Shown here one piece after another: positions 49,562-62,597 of a DNA stretch of 64,000 bases. Numbering within the stretch: position 1 is the stretch's first letter; the number at the start of each line of letters is the position of its first letter. The stretch is from Macrostomum hystrix (lineage: Eukaryota; Animalia; Platyhelminthes): NCBI GenBank assembly GCA_950097015.1, contig CATNEN010000003.1, forward strand, positions 6,696,001 to 6,760,000. The letters are read 5' to 3'. A program made the position numbers and the translations under genes. Below the pieces are notes generated by a model, which was not told the DNA's origin, did not search any database, and worked only from the letters and a program-made list of their open reading frames with translations.

Positions 49562-50230
49562 TAGAAGATGGAATATGGAATATGGAAGATGGAAGATGGA
49601 TGATGGAATATGGAAGATGGATGACGGAATATGGAATATGGTAGATGGTAGATGGAATATGGAATATGGTAGATGGTAGATGGTAGATGGAATATGGAAT
49701 ATGGAAGATAAATGATAGAAGATGGAAGATGGATGATGGAGTATGGAAGATGGATGATGGAGTATGGAATATGGAAGATGGATGATGGAATATGGAAGAT
49801 GGAATATGGAATATGGAAGATGGATGATGGAATATGGAAGATGGATGATGGATGATGGAAGATGGATGATGGATGATGGAATATGGAAGATGGATGATGG
49901 AATATGGAAGATGGATGATGGAATATGGAAGATGGATGATGGAATATGGAAGATGGATGACGGAGTATGGAAGATGGATGACGGAATATGGAAGATGGAT
50001 GACGGAATATGGAAGATGGATGATGGAATATGAAATATGGTAGATGGTAGATGGAATATGGAATATGGAAGATGGATTATAGAAGATGGATGATGGAATA
50101 TGGAAGATGGAAGATGGATAATAGAATATGGAAGATAATAAAATAAGGAAGATGGACTATGGATTATGGAATATGGAAGATGGATAATAGAAGATGGAAG
50201 ATAGTATTTAGAATATGGATGATGGATAAG
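49562..50230. repeat. GATGGAA/TATGGAA 7-mer-based complex repeat
   Basis: Directly visible. Confidence 0.9.
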
Positions 50231-51519
50231 GAATGATAGATGATTGAAAATTAATATATTTATTAAGAAAAATCTATAAAAAATACGTTTTATTGCAGCT
50301 CACATATCTATGTTAATACAAGCGAATTGTGAGAATCCTATACATAGTTCTATCTCGGAAATATCGGCGATTCTCTCTGATCTAAATATAACTTTTATGC
50401 AACGAAAAAATGTCTTTCATTTTTCCGGCCCTGCCGCAACGGCAGAAAACAGATAGATTATTTACGAATACGGCCAATTACGCAGAATTCGTGGTTACGA
50501 AACAGAGAAGAGGAGACAATTAAGAGAGAAGGCTTGGGCATTACCGAGAAGTGCCGGCATAGAAGGCATAGAGAATTGGGACACATAATATATCTATGTA
50601 TATGGCATAAAAAAGCCTGATAAAGTCGAAAGACTTCAAGGTAAACACACTTAAACAATTGTGCGTGGCAACTGTAGGCCCATTTAAACTGAATCCAGAA
50701 TATACATATGTGTATATATGATACGCACACACACATCTTCTATAGAACCGCCACTATCGTATTGTGGCCCGCGAAAGAAATTTGCATGACAAAAAGGAGG
50801 CCAAAGTCTCTAGTCTTAAAACGCGATATAAAATTAATCTGGACGACAATTTCAAGATAATCCATGCAGTATTGGATTATCTAGATTTCTGATATCGAAG
50901 TCGAAGTGGAAAGCCACTTAACTTTAGATTAGGATTCAGCATAAAGAGATAAAGTGTCGCCGTTACTGCAATAGAAACGATTAAATATAAACGGCTGTCT
51001 ACCGATGTGTGTAGAGAGAACTCACCTATGACAACAGAACTGTGCTAATCAATATCCGCTTAGCTGTTTTTGTTGCCGAAAGACAAAAGACGAATTGATG
51101 ATAAACTGAAGCAGCAATGAAAAGTTTCTAGAAATATTCCGTATTTCTTGCGATGTGAAAAAATGGGATTTTTCGGGCGATTTTTAAAAGGAAAAGAAGA
51201 AGACAAGCGCGGTTAGTCGAAGCGGCAGATCCCTCCCTCCCTTTAACTTGGGACTGCAGGATTGGGTCTAAGAGTGGGGTGGGTGGCTGCGGGGCGTGAG
51301 GATAGGACGAGGAAGGGGAAATATTGCCCCCACAAATTGGGCGGAGTTGTCGAGGGTCTGAATGGGGAAAAGAGAGGGCTCTCATTGGGATTTCTGCTAT
51401 CGGTCTTACTGCTTCACTCCTATTGGATGGCATTTTCTTGCTTGCTTTTTGATCTTCTGTCTTGTGATTATCGGCGGAAATACAGTTCGAAGTGGAGACA
51501 ACAGGAATGAATTGGGGGT

Positions 51520-53268
51520 ATCCACTTCTTCAGGGATGACTTTGAAAACATCCAATTCTTCAGGACTGTCTTTAAAAACATCCACTTCTTCAGGGATGAC
51601 TTTGAAAACATCCACTTCTTCAGGGATGACTTTAAAAACATCCAATTCTTCAGGACTGTCTTTAAAAACATCCACTTCTTCAGGGATGACTTTGAAAACA
51701 TCCACTTCTTCAGGGATGACTTTGAAAACATCCACTTCTTCAGGGATGACTTTGAAAACATCCACTTCTTCAGGACTGTCTTTGAAAACATCCAATTCTT
51801 CAGGGATGTCGTTGAAAACATTCACTTCTTCAGGACTTACTTTGAAAACATCCACTTATTCAGGACTGACTTTGAAAACATACACTTATTCAGGACTGAC
51901 TTTGAAAACATCCACTTCTTCAGGGATGTCTTTGAAAACATTCACTTCTTCAGGGATGACTTTGAAAACATTCACTTCTTCAGGGATAACTTTGAAAACA
52001 TCCACTTCTTCCTTCAAGACTGTCTTTGAAAACATCCACTTCTTCAGGACTGTCTTTGAAAACATCCACTTCTTCAGGGATGACTTTGAAAACATCCAAT
52101 TCTTCAGGATTGTCTTTGAAAACATCCACTTCTTCAGGATTGTCTTTGAAAACATCCACTTCTTCAGGGATGGATTTGAAAACATCCAATTCTTCAGGGA
52201 TGACTTTGAAAACATCCAATTCTTCAGGGATGACTTTGAAAACATCCAATTCTTCAGGGATGACTTTGAAAACATCCACTTCTTCAGGGATGGATTTGAA
52301 AACATCCAATTCTTCAGGGGTGGATTTGAAAACATCCACTTCTTCAGGGTTGGATTTGAAAACATCCAATTCTTCAGGGGTGGATTTGAAAACATCCAAT
52401 TCTTCAGGGATGGATTTGAAAACATCCACTTCTTCAGTGATGGATTTGAAAACATCTACTTCTTCAGGACTGTTTTTGAAAACATCCACTTCTTCCTTCA
52501 AGACTGTCTTTGAAAACATCCACTTCTTCAGGACTGTCTTTGAAAACATCCACTTCTTCAGGGATGACTTTGAAAACATCCAATTCTTCAGGGGTGGATT
52601 TGAAAACATCCAATTCTTCAGGGATGGATTTGAAAACATCCACTTCTTCAGTGATGGATTTGAAAACATCTACTTCTTCAGGACTGTTTTTGAAAACATC
52701 CACTTCTTCCTTCAAGACTGTCTTTGAAAACATCCACTTCTTCAGGACTGTCTTTGAAAACATCCACTTCTTCAGGGATGGATTTGAAAACATCCAATTC
52801 TTCAGGGATGACTTTGAAAACATCCAATTCTTCAGGGATGACTTTGAAAACATCCAATTCTTCAGGGATGACTTTGAAAACATCCAATTCTTCAGGGATG
52901 GATTTGAAAACATCCAATTCTTCAGGGGTGGATTTGAAAACATCCACTTCTTCAGGGTTGGATTTGAAAACATCCAATTCTTCAGGGATGGATTTGAAAA
53001 CATCCACTTCTTCAGTGATGGATTTGAAAACATCTACTTCTTCAGGACTGTTTTTGAAAACATACAATTCTTCAGGAATGACTTTGAAAACATCCGCTTC
53101 TTCAGGGATGACTTTGAAAACATCCAATTCTTCAGGGATGACTTTGAAAACATCCAATTCTTCAGGACTGTCTTTGAAAACATCCACTTCTTCAGGACTG
53201 TCTTTGAAAACATCCACTTCCTCAGGGATGACTTTGAAAACATCCAATTCTTCAGGGATGGATTTGAA
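51520..53268. repeat. 30-bp minisatellite
   Basis: tttgaaaacatccacttcttcagggatgac and variants. Confidence 0.95.
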
Positions 53269-53724
53269 AGCATATCAAACATGAAGGCGAGTGTTCTGAG
53301 ACGTCCTCAAACCTCAGCGGACAATAATCAGGTCGTTCTTGGCTCGGTTCCTTCCCTGATTGAACTAAAATAAGCAATTTATTGATTTGTATTAATTGCT
53401 TTGAGTGGCTTGAAGTCTGGAATTCATTTTATAGAGTTAGTCAGAAACTGGTTAGAATGAATCCACGAATTAAATCTCAGTTAAAATATAAACGAGCCGG
53501 ATTAATTGCAGAAAAAATGAATATTTTGATCTCATACTCGTTTTTTACACAAAGGAAGTATATGATCTGGGTCAGAAAAACAAAAAGAAGCTAAAATATT
53601 AACGACTGTTGATTCATTTAAGATGCTCTTAACTATGAATTAAACATTTCTTGTAAGCAAATTGCTTTTTTGAAGTGTACGTAGTTTAAATTTTCTTTGA
53701 CAGCATACGAGTTATTTATTTTTG

Positions 53725-54460
53725 CCCCTCTCGCTATTTCTCCCCCAAATCTTCTTCCCCTAGAGCCATTTCTCCCCCATTTTCTTTCCCTCTAGCCATT
53801 TCTCCCCTGTATCTTCTTCCCCTCTCGCCATTTCTCGCCTGTATCTTCTTCCCCTCTCGCCATTTCTCCCCTGTATCTTCTTCCCCTCTCTCCATTTCTC
53901 CCCTGTATCTTCCCCTCTCGCCATTTCTCCCCTGTATCTTCTTCCCCTCTCGCCATTTCTCTCCCATTTTCTTCCCCTCTAGCCATTTCTCCCCTATATC
54001 TTCTTCCCCTCTCATCATTTCTCCTCCATTTTCTTTCCCTCTTGCCATTTCTCCCCTATTTCTTGTTCCCCTCTCGCCATTCCTCTCCCATTTTCTTCCC
54101 ATCTAGCCATTTCTCTCCCATTTTCTTCCCCTCTCGCCATTTCTCCCATGTATCTTCTTCCCCTCTCGCCATTTCTCTTCTGTATCTTCTTCCCCTCTCG
54201 CCATTTCTCTTCTGTATCTTCTTCCCCTCTCGCCATTTCTCCCCTGTATCTTCTTCCCCTCTCGCCATTTCTCCCCTGTATCTTCTTCCCTTCTCGCCAT
54301 TTCTCCCCTGTTATCTTCTTCCCCTCTCGCCAATTCTCCCCCAAATCTTCTTTCCCTCTCGCCAATTCTCCCCCAAATCTTCTTCCCCTCTCGCCAATTC
54401 TCCCCCAAATCTTCTTTCCTCTCGCCAATTCTCCCCCAAATCTTCTTCCCCTCTCGCCAT
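53725..54460. repeat. About 32-bp pyrimidine-rich minisatellite
   Basis: catttctcccctgtatcttcttcccctctcgc. Confidence 0.9.
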
Positions 54461-55014
54461 AAAGCTCCCAAATGTTGCCCCGCTAGCATTATTTCCACCT
54501 AGCAACACCATCTAGATAGGAGCACAAGAATGTCGAGATTGAACAGCCAATAATGTGTACTGCAATGTTTAATTAGGGTCGAGTCTGTGCAATCCACAGC
54601 AGTGCACCCATTTGAGTTGTCGCCACGTGACTTAATCCTCGACATCGTCATCCTTAAAAGACACTTGTCGGGATTTTTTTGAATGCGCTAGATGCAACTA
54701 TGCTCAGAGCAGCTGTTGAGTCTGAAAGGTCTGGTGATTCTGTCATTGTTTAATTCTGGGATACTTGACAATGCAAAACTATTTGCCGCGTGTTATCAAC
54801 TTCAGTTGGATATCAAAGACTCTCCGAAATTCTAGTAATCCTAGAATGACATGCAGAACTGTTTGCAAAGCTATTTATGTAGTTAAAAAAAGTCCTTTGA
54901 ATTTTGGGTCACTTACCGCACGGCAAAACGGCAAAACTATAGTGAAACAAATATTTGTGGCCAACTAAAGTTGGTGGGAATGTTTTAAGAGTTAAACTTT
55001 CACATTTGATTAGG

Positions 55015-57400
55015 ATGGAGGAGAAAGTAGAGAGAGGAGAGAGTGGAGAGTGGAGAAAGCAGGGGAGGGTGGAAGAGAGAGCGGAGGAGAGAGTGGGTGC
55101 AGAGCGGAGAGAGATTGGGTGCAGGGCGGAGAGAGAGAGTGGGTGCAGGGCGGAGAGAGATTGGGTGCAGGGCGGAGAGAGAGAGTGGGTGCAGGGCGGA
55201 GAGAGATTGGGTGCAGGGCGGAGAGAGAGAGTGGGTGCAGGGCGGAGAGAGAGTGGGTGCAGGGCGGAGAGAGATTGGGTGCAGGGGGGAGAGAGAGAGT
55301 GGCACAGGGCGGAGAGAGAGTGGCACAGAGTGGAGAGAGAGTGGCACAGAGTGGAGAGAGAGTGGCACAGGGCGGAGAGAGAGTGGGTGCAGGGCGGAGA
55401 GAGAGTGGGTGCAGGGCGGAGAGAGAGAGTGGCACAGAGTGGAGAGAGAGTGGCACAGAGTGGAGAGAGAGTGGATGCAGAGCGGAGAGAGATTGGGTGC
55501 AGAGCGGAGAGAGATTGGGTGCAGGGCGGAGAGAGAGTGGGTGCAGGGCGGAGAGAGAGTGGGTGCAGGGCGGAGAGAGAGTGGCACAGGGCGGAGAGAG
55601 AGTGGCACAGGGTGGAGAGAGAGTGGCACAGGGCGGAGAGAGAGTGGCACAGGGCGGAGAGAGAGTGGCACAGGGCGGAGAGAGAGTGGCACAGGGCGGA
55701 GAGAGAGTGGGTGCAGGGTGGAGAGAGAGTGGCACAGGGTGGAGAGAGAGTGGCACAGGGCGGAGAGAGAGTGGGTGCAGGGTGGAGAGAGAGTGGCACA
55801 GGGTGGAGAGAGAGTGACACAGGGCGGAGAGAGAGTGGCACAGGGCGGAGAGAGAGTGGGTGCAGGGTGGAGAGAGAGTGGGTGCAGGGCGGAGAGAGAG
55901 TGGCACAGGGCGGAGAGAGAGTGGGTGCAGGGTGGAGAGAGAGTGGCACAGGGTGGAGAGAGAGTGGCACAGGGCGGAGAGAGAGTGGCACAGGGCGGAG
56001 AGAGAGTCGGTGCAGGGCGGAGAGAGAGTAGCACAGGGCGGAGAGAGAGTGGGTGCAGGGCGGAGAGAGAGTAGCACAGGGCGGAGAGAGAGTGGGTGCA
56101 GGGTGGAGAGAGAGTGGGTGCAGGGCGGAGAGAGAGTGGCACAGGGTGGAGAGAGAGTGGCACAGGGTGGAGAGAGAGTGGGTGCAGGGCGGAGAGAGAG
56201 TGGGTGCAGGGCGGAGAGAGAGTGGGTGCAGGGCGGAGAGAGAGTGGGTGCAGGGCGGAGAGAGAGTGGGTGCAGGGCGGAGAGAGAGTGGGTGCAGGGC
56301 GGAGAGAGAGTCGGTGCAGGGCGGAGAGAGAGTGGCACAGGGCGGAGAGAGAGTGGCACAGGGTGTAGAGAGAGTGGCACAGGGCGGAGAGAGAGTGGCA
56401 CAGGGTGGAGAGAGAGTGGCACAGGGCGGAGAGAGAGTGGCACAGGGCGGAGAGAGAGTGGCACAGGGCGGAGAGAGAGTGGCACAGGGCGGAGAGAGAG
56501 TGGGTGCAGGGTGGAGAGAGAGTGGCACAGGGTGGAGAGAGAGTGGCACAGGGCGGAGAGAGAGTGGGTGCAGGGTGGAGAGAGAGTGGCACAGGGTGGA
56601 GAGAGAGTGGCACAGGGCGGAGAGAGAGTGGCACAGGGCGGAGAGAGAGTGGGTGCAGGGTGGAGAGAGAGTGGGTGCAGGGCGGAGAGAGAGTGGGTGC
56701 AGGGCGGAGAGAGAGTGGCACAGGGTGGAGAGAGAGTGGCACAGGGCGGAGAGAGAGTGGGTGCAGGGCGGAGAGAGAGTGGCACAGGGCGGAGAGAGAG
56801 TGGGTGCAGGGTGGAGAGAGAGTGGGTGCAGGGCGGAGAGAGAGTGGCACAGGGTGGAGAGAGAGTGGCACAGGGCGGAGAGAGAGTCGGTGCAGGGCGG
56901 AGAGAGAGTGGCACAGGGCGGAGAGAGAGTGGGTGAAGGGTGGAGAGAGAGTGGGTGCAGGGCGGAGAGAGAGTGGGTGCAGGGCGGAGAGAGAGTGGCA
57001 CAGGGTGGAGAGAGAGTGGCACAGGGTGGAGAGAGAGTGGGTGCAGGGCGGAGAGAGAGTGGCACAGGGTGGAGAGAGAGTGGCACAGGGCGGAGAGAGA
57101 GAGTGGCACAGGGCGGAGAGAGAGAGTGGCACAGGGTGGAGAGAGAGTGGCACAGGGCGGAGAGAGAGTGGGTGCAGGGCGGAGAGAGAGTGGGTGCAGG
57201 GCTGAGAGAGAGTGGGTGCAGGGTGGAGAGAGAGTGGCACAGGGTGGAGAGAGAGTGGGTGCAGGGCGGAGAGAGAGTGGGTGCAGGGCTGAGAGAGAGT
57301 GGGTGCAGGGTGGAGAGAGAGTGGGTGCAGGGCGGAGAGAGAGTGGGTGCAGGGCTGAGAGAGAGTGGGTGCAGGGTGGAGAGAGAGTGGCACAGGGCGG
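55015..57400. repeat. 21/22-bp G-rich minisatellite
   Basis: gagagagagtggcacagggcg / gagagagagtgggtgcagggcg. Confidence 0.95.
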
Positions 57401-58279
57401 ATTCAGGCTGAGAATGGATTCAATCTCAACAAGAAGTATCTGAATGCTTGCTGTTGCTTTAGATAAATTGTGAAGAATTGAAAAAACCGGTACAGTTGTT
57501 CCACTCCGTGCTAAACCTATCGCCAGCTGAAACGGGATTTTTCAACGATCTTGCTGTGCTTCTCCCGTGGAGATGCTGCACTCCATGCAAATCCGCTAAA
57601 GCCAACCAAGCGCGTTAATTTGTTAGTTTTTTACACTTGCAGCTTGTTAACCATGCATTGTTGGTGCCTAAATAAAAATCTACTCCAAGCAGCAGCACCA
57701 TCTTGCTGTCGATTCATTTCTTCAAACTGCACGGAGACGTGTCAATAGAAGCGTGACACCAGTGGCAGCCGTCAACACACTCCACAATAACCAGCGAGAA
57801 TTTCGCATGCAAGGAAAATCAAATCAGTATATTCTCTTCATTCACTTTGTTCGCCAATCTGTGAAAGCTGATCATGCAGTTTCTAAAGCACGCAATTGCA
57901 GAAACACGTTCCCTGCAGATTTGATTGACAAGGTGTCTGAACTGGAAACATGCGGCAAAGTGGAAGCTCAATTGCTATCGCTTTTGCAGGTAAAAAAGAC
58001 AAAGTTATACGCAGTCTGGTTTCTACGCTATAACTGCTTCTTTTCTACCCATTGTTAAGTGATATCCGTGAATGAGCAATAAGTTTTGTGAAACTTTGTC
58101 TGTTTCTGATTTCATTTAGCTTGTCACAGATTTCTGGGCAGCTAAATGTTGCAATAAAAACATCAACCTCACTTTACTACAGTCTACAGACTTTGCAAAC
58201 GGTAAATTTACAAGCGAAAAAAACTTAAATTGATTCGTTGACATGAGAAGTAATTTACGGAATTAAAAGAAAAATTTAA

Positions 58280-59941
58280 CAGACTCGAAACTGAAAATCT
58301 ACAGACTCCAAACTGAAAATCTACAAACTCGAAACTGAGAACCTACAGACTGGAAGCTAAAGCCTACAGACTCGAAACTGAAAATCTACAGACTCGAAAC
58401 TGAAAATCTACAGCCTCGAAACTAAAAATCTACAGACTCGAAACTGAAAATCTACAGACTCGAAGCTGAAAATCTACAGACTCGAAACTGAAAATCTACA
58501 AACTCGAAACTGAAAATCTACAAACTCGAAACTGAGAACCTACAGACTCGAAACTGAAAATCTACAGACTCGAAGCTGAAAATCTACAGACTCGAAACTG
58601 AAAATCTACAAACTCGAAACTGAAAATCTACAGACTCGAACGGAAAATCTACAGACTCCAAAGTGAAAATCTACAGACTCCAAACTGAAAATCTACAGGC
58701 TCGAAACGGAAAATCTACAGACTCGAAACTGAAAATCTACAGACTCCAAAGTGAAAATCTACAGACTCCAAACTGAAAATCTACAGACTCGAAACGGAAA
58801 ATCTGCAAATAAATAGTAGGCATGCAGGTGCCAATTGTGCAGTTTCTTAAAAAAATCTGCAGAAAATTTGACTCAATTAAAAATGACTGATCGCAAATAG
58901 AGTAAGTCAGGAATTTTGTCCACGCAGAGAAGCGATAAATTAGATTTACAAACTATAATCTGCTCCGCATGTTAGTGTCTGCTAGTTAGTGAACCTACAG
59001 ACTCGAAGCTGAAAATCTACAGACTCGAAACTGAAAATCTACAGACTCGAAACTGAAAATCTACAGCCTCGAAACTAAAAATCTACAGACTCGAAACTGA
59101 AAATCTACAGACTCGAAGCTGAAAATCTACAGACTCGAAACTGAAAATCTACAGACTCGAAGCTGAAAATCTACAGACTCGAAACGGCAAATCTATAGAC
59201 TCCAAACTGAAAATCTATAGACTCCAAACTGAAAATCTACAGACTCCAAACTGAAAATCTACAGACTCGAAACGGAAAATCTATAGACTCCAAACTGAAA
59301 ATCTACAGACTCCAAAGTGAAAATCTACAGACTCCAAACTGAAAATCTACAGACTCGAAACTGAAAATCTACAGACTCGAAACTGAAAATCTACAGACTC
59401 GAAACGGCAAATCTATAGACTCCAAAGTGAAAATCTATAGACTCCAAAGTGAAAATCTACAGACTCCAAAGTGAAAATCTACAGACTCGAAACTGAAAAT
59501 CTACAGACTCGAAACTGAAAATCTACAGCCTCGAAACTAAAAATCTACAGAGTCGAAACTAAAACTCTACAGACTCAAAGCTGAAAATCTACAGACTCAA
59601 AGTTGAAAATCTACAGACTCGAAGTTGAAAATCTACAAACTCGAAACTGAAAACCTACAGACTGGAAGCTAAAGCCTACAGACTCCAAACTGAAAATCTA
59701 CAGACTCCAAAGTGAAAATCTACAGACTCAAAACTGAAAATCTACAGACTCCAAACGGAAAATCTGCAAATAAATAGTAGGCATGCAGGTGCCAATTGTG
59801 CAGTTTCTTAAAAAAATCTGCAGAAAATTTGACTCAATTAAAAATGACTGATCGCAAATAGAGTAAGTCAGGAATTTTGTCCACGCAGAGAAACGATAAA
59901 TTAGATTTACAAACTATAATCTGCTCCGCATGTTAGTGTCT
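58280..59941. repeat. 22-bp minisatellite in two blocks, each followed by the same ~185-bp unique segment
   Basis: actcgaaactgaaaatctacag; 58796-58980 is nearly identical to 59757-59941. Confidence 0.92.
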
Positions 59942-61004
59942 CCATCATATACGTAGATTGGGGTGATTGTTCAGAGTTTGAGATAGTTTGAACAATGACT
60001 TCAGTGCACTGCACTCAATAGTCAATAAGGCATGCAGTGGCGCCAAACACTTCAACATTATTCAGCCATTGCTGGTGCCCATGGCTCGTGCCCAGAGTGA
60101 GTGCGTATTGTGCTCATATATATAGAAATATAATATACAGTTAGAAGAAAGATTTTTAAGTGGCAAATATTGGGACAGTGAGTTAATAGAGGGAGGAGAA
60201 AGGAAAGGGGATTATAAGCTCACACTCATATATTAGGAGAAATTGCTTGCTAAGTGCCATCCTCTGCATTGTTACACCTATCTAGAGGCATCAGAACTAG
60301 TTCCACCACACATTATACCTGCCAATAAAAGCAATTTGCCTAGAGAATTGTGCTAAGCATGTTAAGCATTCATCTACACGAGGTTTCAATTCAACGATGA
60401 AAGTTTCTTCATAGGGGTGAAGTGTGCTACCGTTATATTTTCTGGACTCAAATTTCTAGCTCTCTATACGAGTTTGAGCAGGAAAATAAAATGACAGCTT
60501 CTATCTACAGCCTATCTATAGCTAAATTCCTTCCTTAACTTCGAGTGTGCCTCGATAATGTGGTCCTCATTTGTGCTCATCCCGTAAAACCCGGATCCGG
60601 CTATGGAGGAAACACCAGAAGTTTCCCCCAACTCACACAGAGTATGCCCACTAAAACAAAATTCAATTAGCTGATGGCATCATAACATCCACTATTAATA
60701 TCTGGTACCCGAGGTTAAAGAGAATAAAAAACACGCGAGACAGGGCCTTGAAATATATAATCCTGATATTTATTGATGTTATATATTTTAGAACAAAGAA
60801 AGCTTACTAATTTGGCCGTTTAGCTTATAGACTAATATTCTCCCGCAATTCTCCAGCATTAGACAATGTGCGTGCCATACCATTCTCAGAATTCCGTGCA
60901 GTCTCTGAATCATAAAATATATTATACAAACAACTGCAGCACTTAATGCAATTAAATATGTGCAGACATTTTAAATTATCTTTGATTAGTCTATTGAATT
61001 TCTT

Positions 61005-61806
61005 AATTTCTCTTGTCTTCATCCCTTCATTTCTCTTGTCTTCATCCCTTCATTTCTCTTGTCTTCATCCCTTCATTTCTCTTGTCATCATCCCTTCATT
61101 TCTCTTGTCATCATCCCTTCATTTCTCTTGTCATCATCCCTTCATTTCTCTTGTCATCATCCCTTCATTTCTCTTGTCATCATCCCTTCATTTCTCTTGT
61201 CTTCATCCCTTCATTTCTCTTGTCATCATCCCTTCATTTCTCTTGTCTTCATCCCTTCATTTCTCTTGTCATCATCCCTTCATTTCTCTTGTCATCATCC
61301 CTTCATTTCTCTTGTCATCATCCCTTCATTTCTCTTGTCTTCATCCCTTCATTTCTCTTGTCATCATCCCTTCATTTCTCTTGTCTTCATCCCTTCATTT
61401 CTCTTGTCTTCATCCCTTCATTTCTCTTGTCATCATCCCTTCATTTCTCTTGTCTTCATCCCTTCATTTCTCTTGTCTTCATCCCTTCATTTCTCTTGTC
61501 ATCATCCCTTCATTTCTCTTGTCTTCATCCCTTCATTTCTCTTGTCATCATCCCTTCATTTCTCTTGTCATCATCCCTTCATTTCTCTTGTCATCATCCC
61601 TTCATTTCTCTTGTCTTTATCCCTTCATTTCTCTTGTCTTCATCCCTTCATTTCTCTTGTCATCATCCCTTCATTTCTCTTGTCATCATCCCTTCATTTC
61701 TCTTGTCATCATCCCTTCATTTCTCTTGTCATCATCCCTTCATTTCTCTTGTCTTCATCCCTTCATTTCTCTTGTCTTCATCCCTTCATTTCTCTTGTCA
61801 TCATCC
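61005..61806. repeat. 23-bp minisatellite
   Basis: tttctcttgtcatcatcccttca, about 35 copies. Confidence 0.95.
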
Positions 61807-62329
61807 ATTTTAAAAAACTTTTTCAGATATTTAAATAAAAAATCAACGCAACACTTTACACACCAGAGTCGGCTAGAATTACTTAACTTAGGAAATTCTT
61901 TCTTCCGAATGGAACGAGGAGAGCAACATTTACAAATACAATAGTTTTAGTCGCAAAAGCAATTTTCGTTTACTTATTTATTGTTAAGATATTAGAACTG
62001 AGAAGTCATTTAATGTAAGACCCGAGTACTTTGTAAGATTCAACTGAATATTGGCTTAGCAAATAAGTCAAAGAAAACATTTTTACGAGCCGTACTGTTA
62101 ACCAATTTTACGATGAAACAGCATACATCAAGGTATTTATTACACGATACATACTACTGGAATCAAAGTGAATCGCGCGCCAGTAGTATGCATAGAGTTT
62201 AAAGCAGTGCTACTAGATGAAAAAATTGACAAAAAAACTGGGCATATTGAGGCCGCTTTCAATTTGTGTGGATTTCAAGATGTTTTATCTCTACAAAATG
62301 TCGTCATACATTGGAAAAGCTGTTCTATC

Positions 62330-62533
62330 TCAACTATCGTAGATTATATCATAGTGACCCGGCCGATACAGCAGGGTTAGCACAGGACTGGATACGCCAT
62401 CGTCTGGGAAAGTGTGCCGACTAATTCCAGCACCGTCACGATGCATGTACTCCACAGCGATGCAGGTCTCAAGGGTCTGGGTTAGGGCAATGATGTGGAT
62501 GTGATCCGATTCGTGACGCATCGGCTCCACTTC
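62330..62533 (-). CDS. Otubain-type deubiquitinase (OTUB1-like, peptidase C65), last coding exon; the rest of the gene lies beyond the window
   Basis: EVEPMRHESDHIHIIALT...VEYM...LLYRPGHYDIIY* is the otubain C-terminal signature. Preceded by the acceptor cccgcag; AATAAA about 190 nt downstream of the stop. Confidence 0.92.
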   Translation of the reverse strand, partial: EVEPMRHESDHIHIIALTQTLETCIAVEYMHRDGAGISRHTFPDDGVSSPVLTLLYRPGHYDIIYDS

Positions 62534-62597
62534 CTGCGGGATTAATCAGTGGGACATGTATTCATTTACCTAAGTATAAACAGATCCGATCCCATAA

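Noticed and set aside
51362-57443. Long repetitive ORFs on both strands (LKTSTSSG, PPCATLS, etc.)
   Set aside because: They coincide exactly with minisatellites, with frame-shifting unit lengths.
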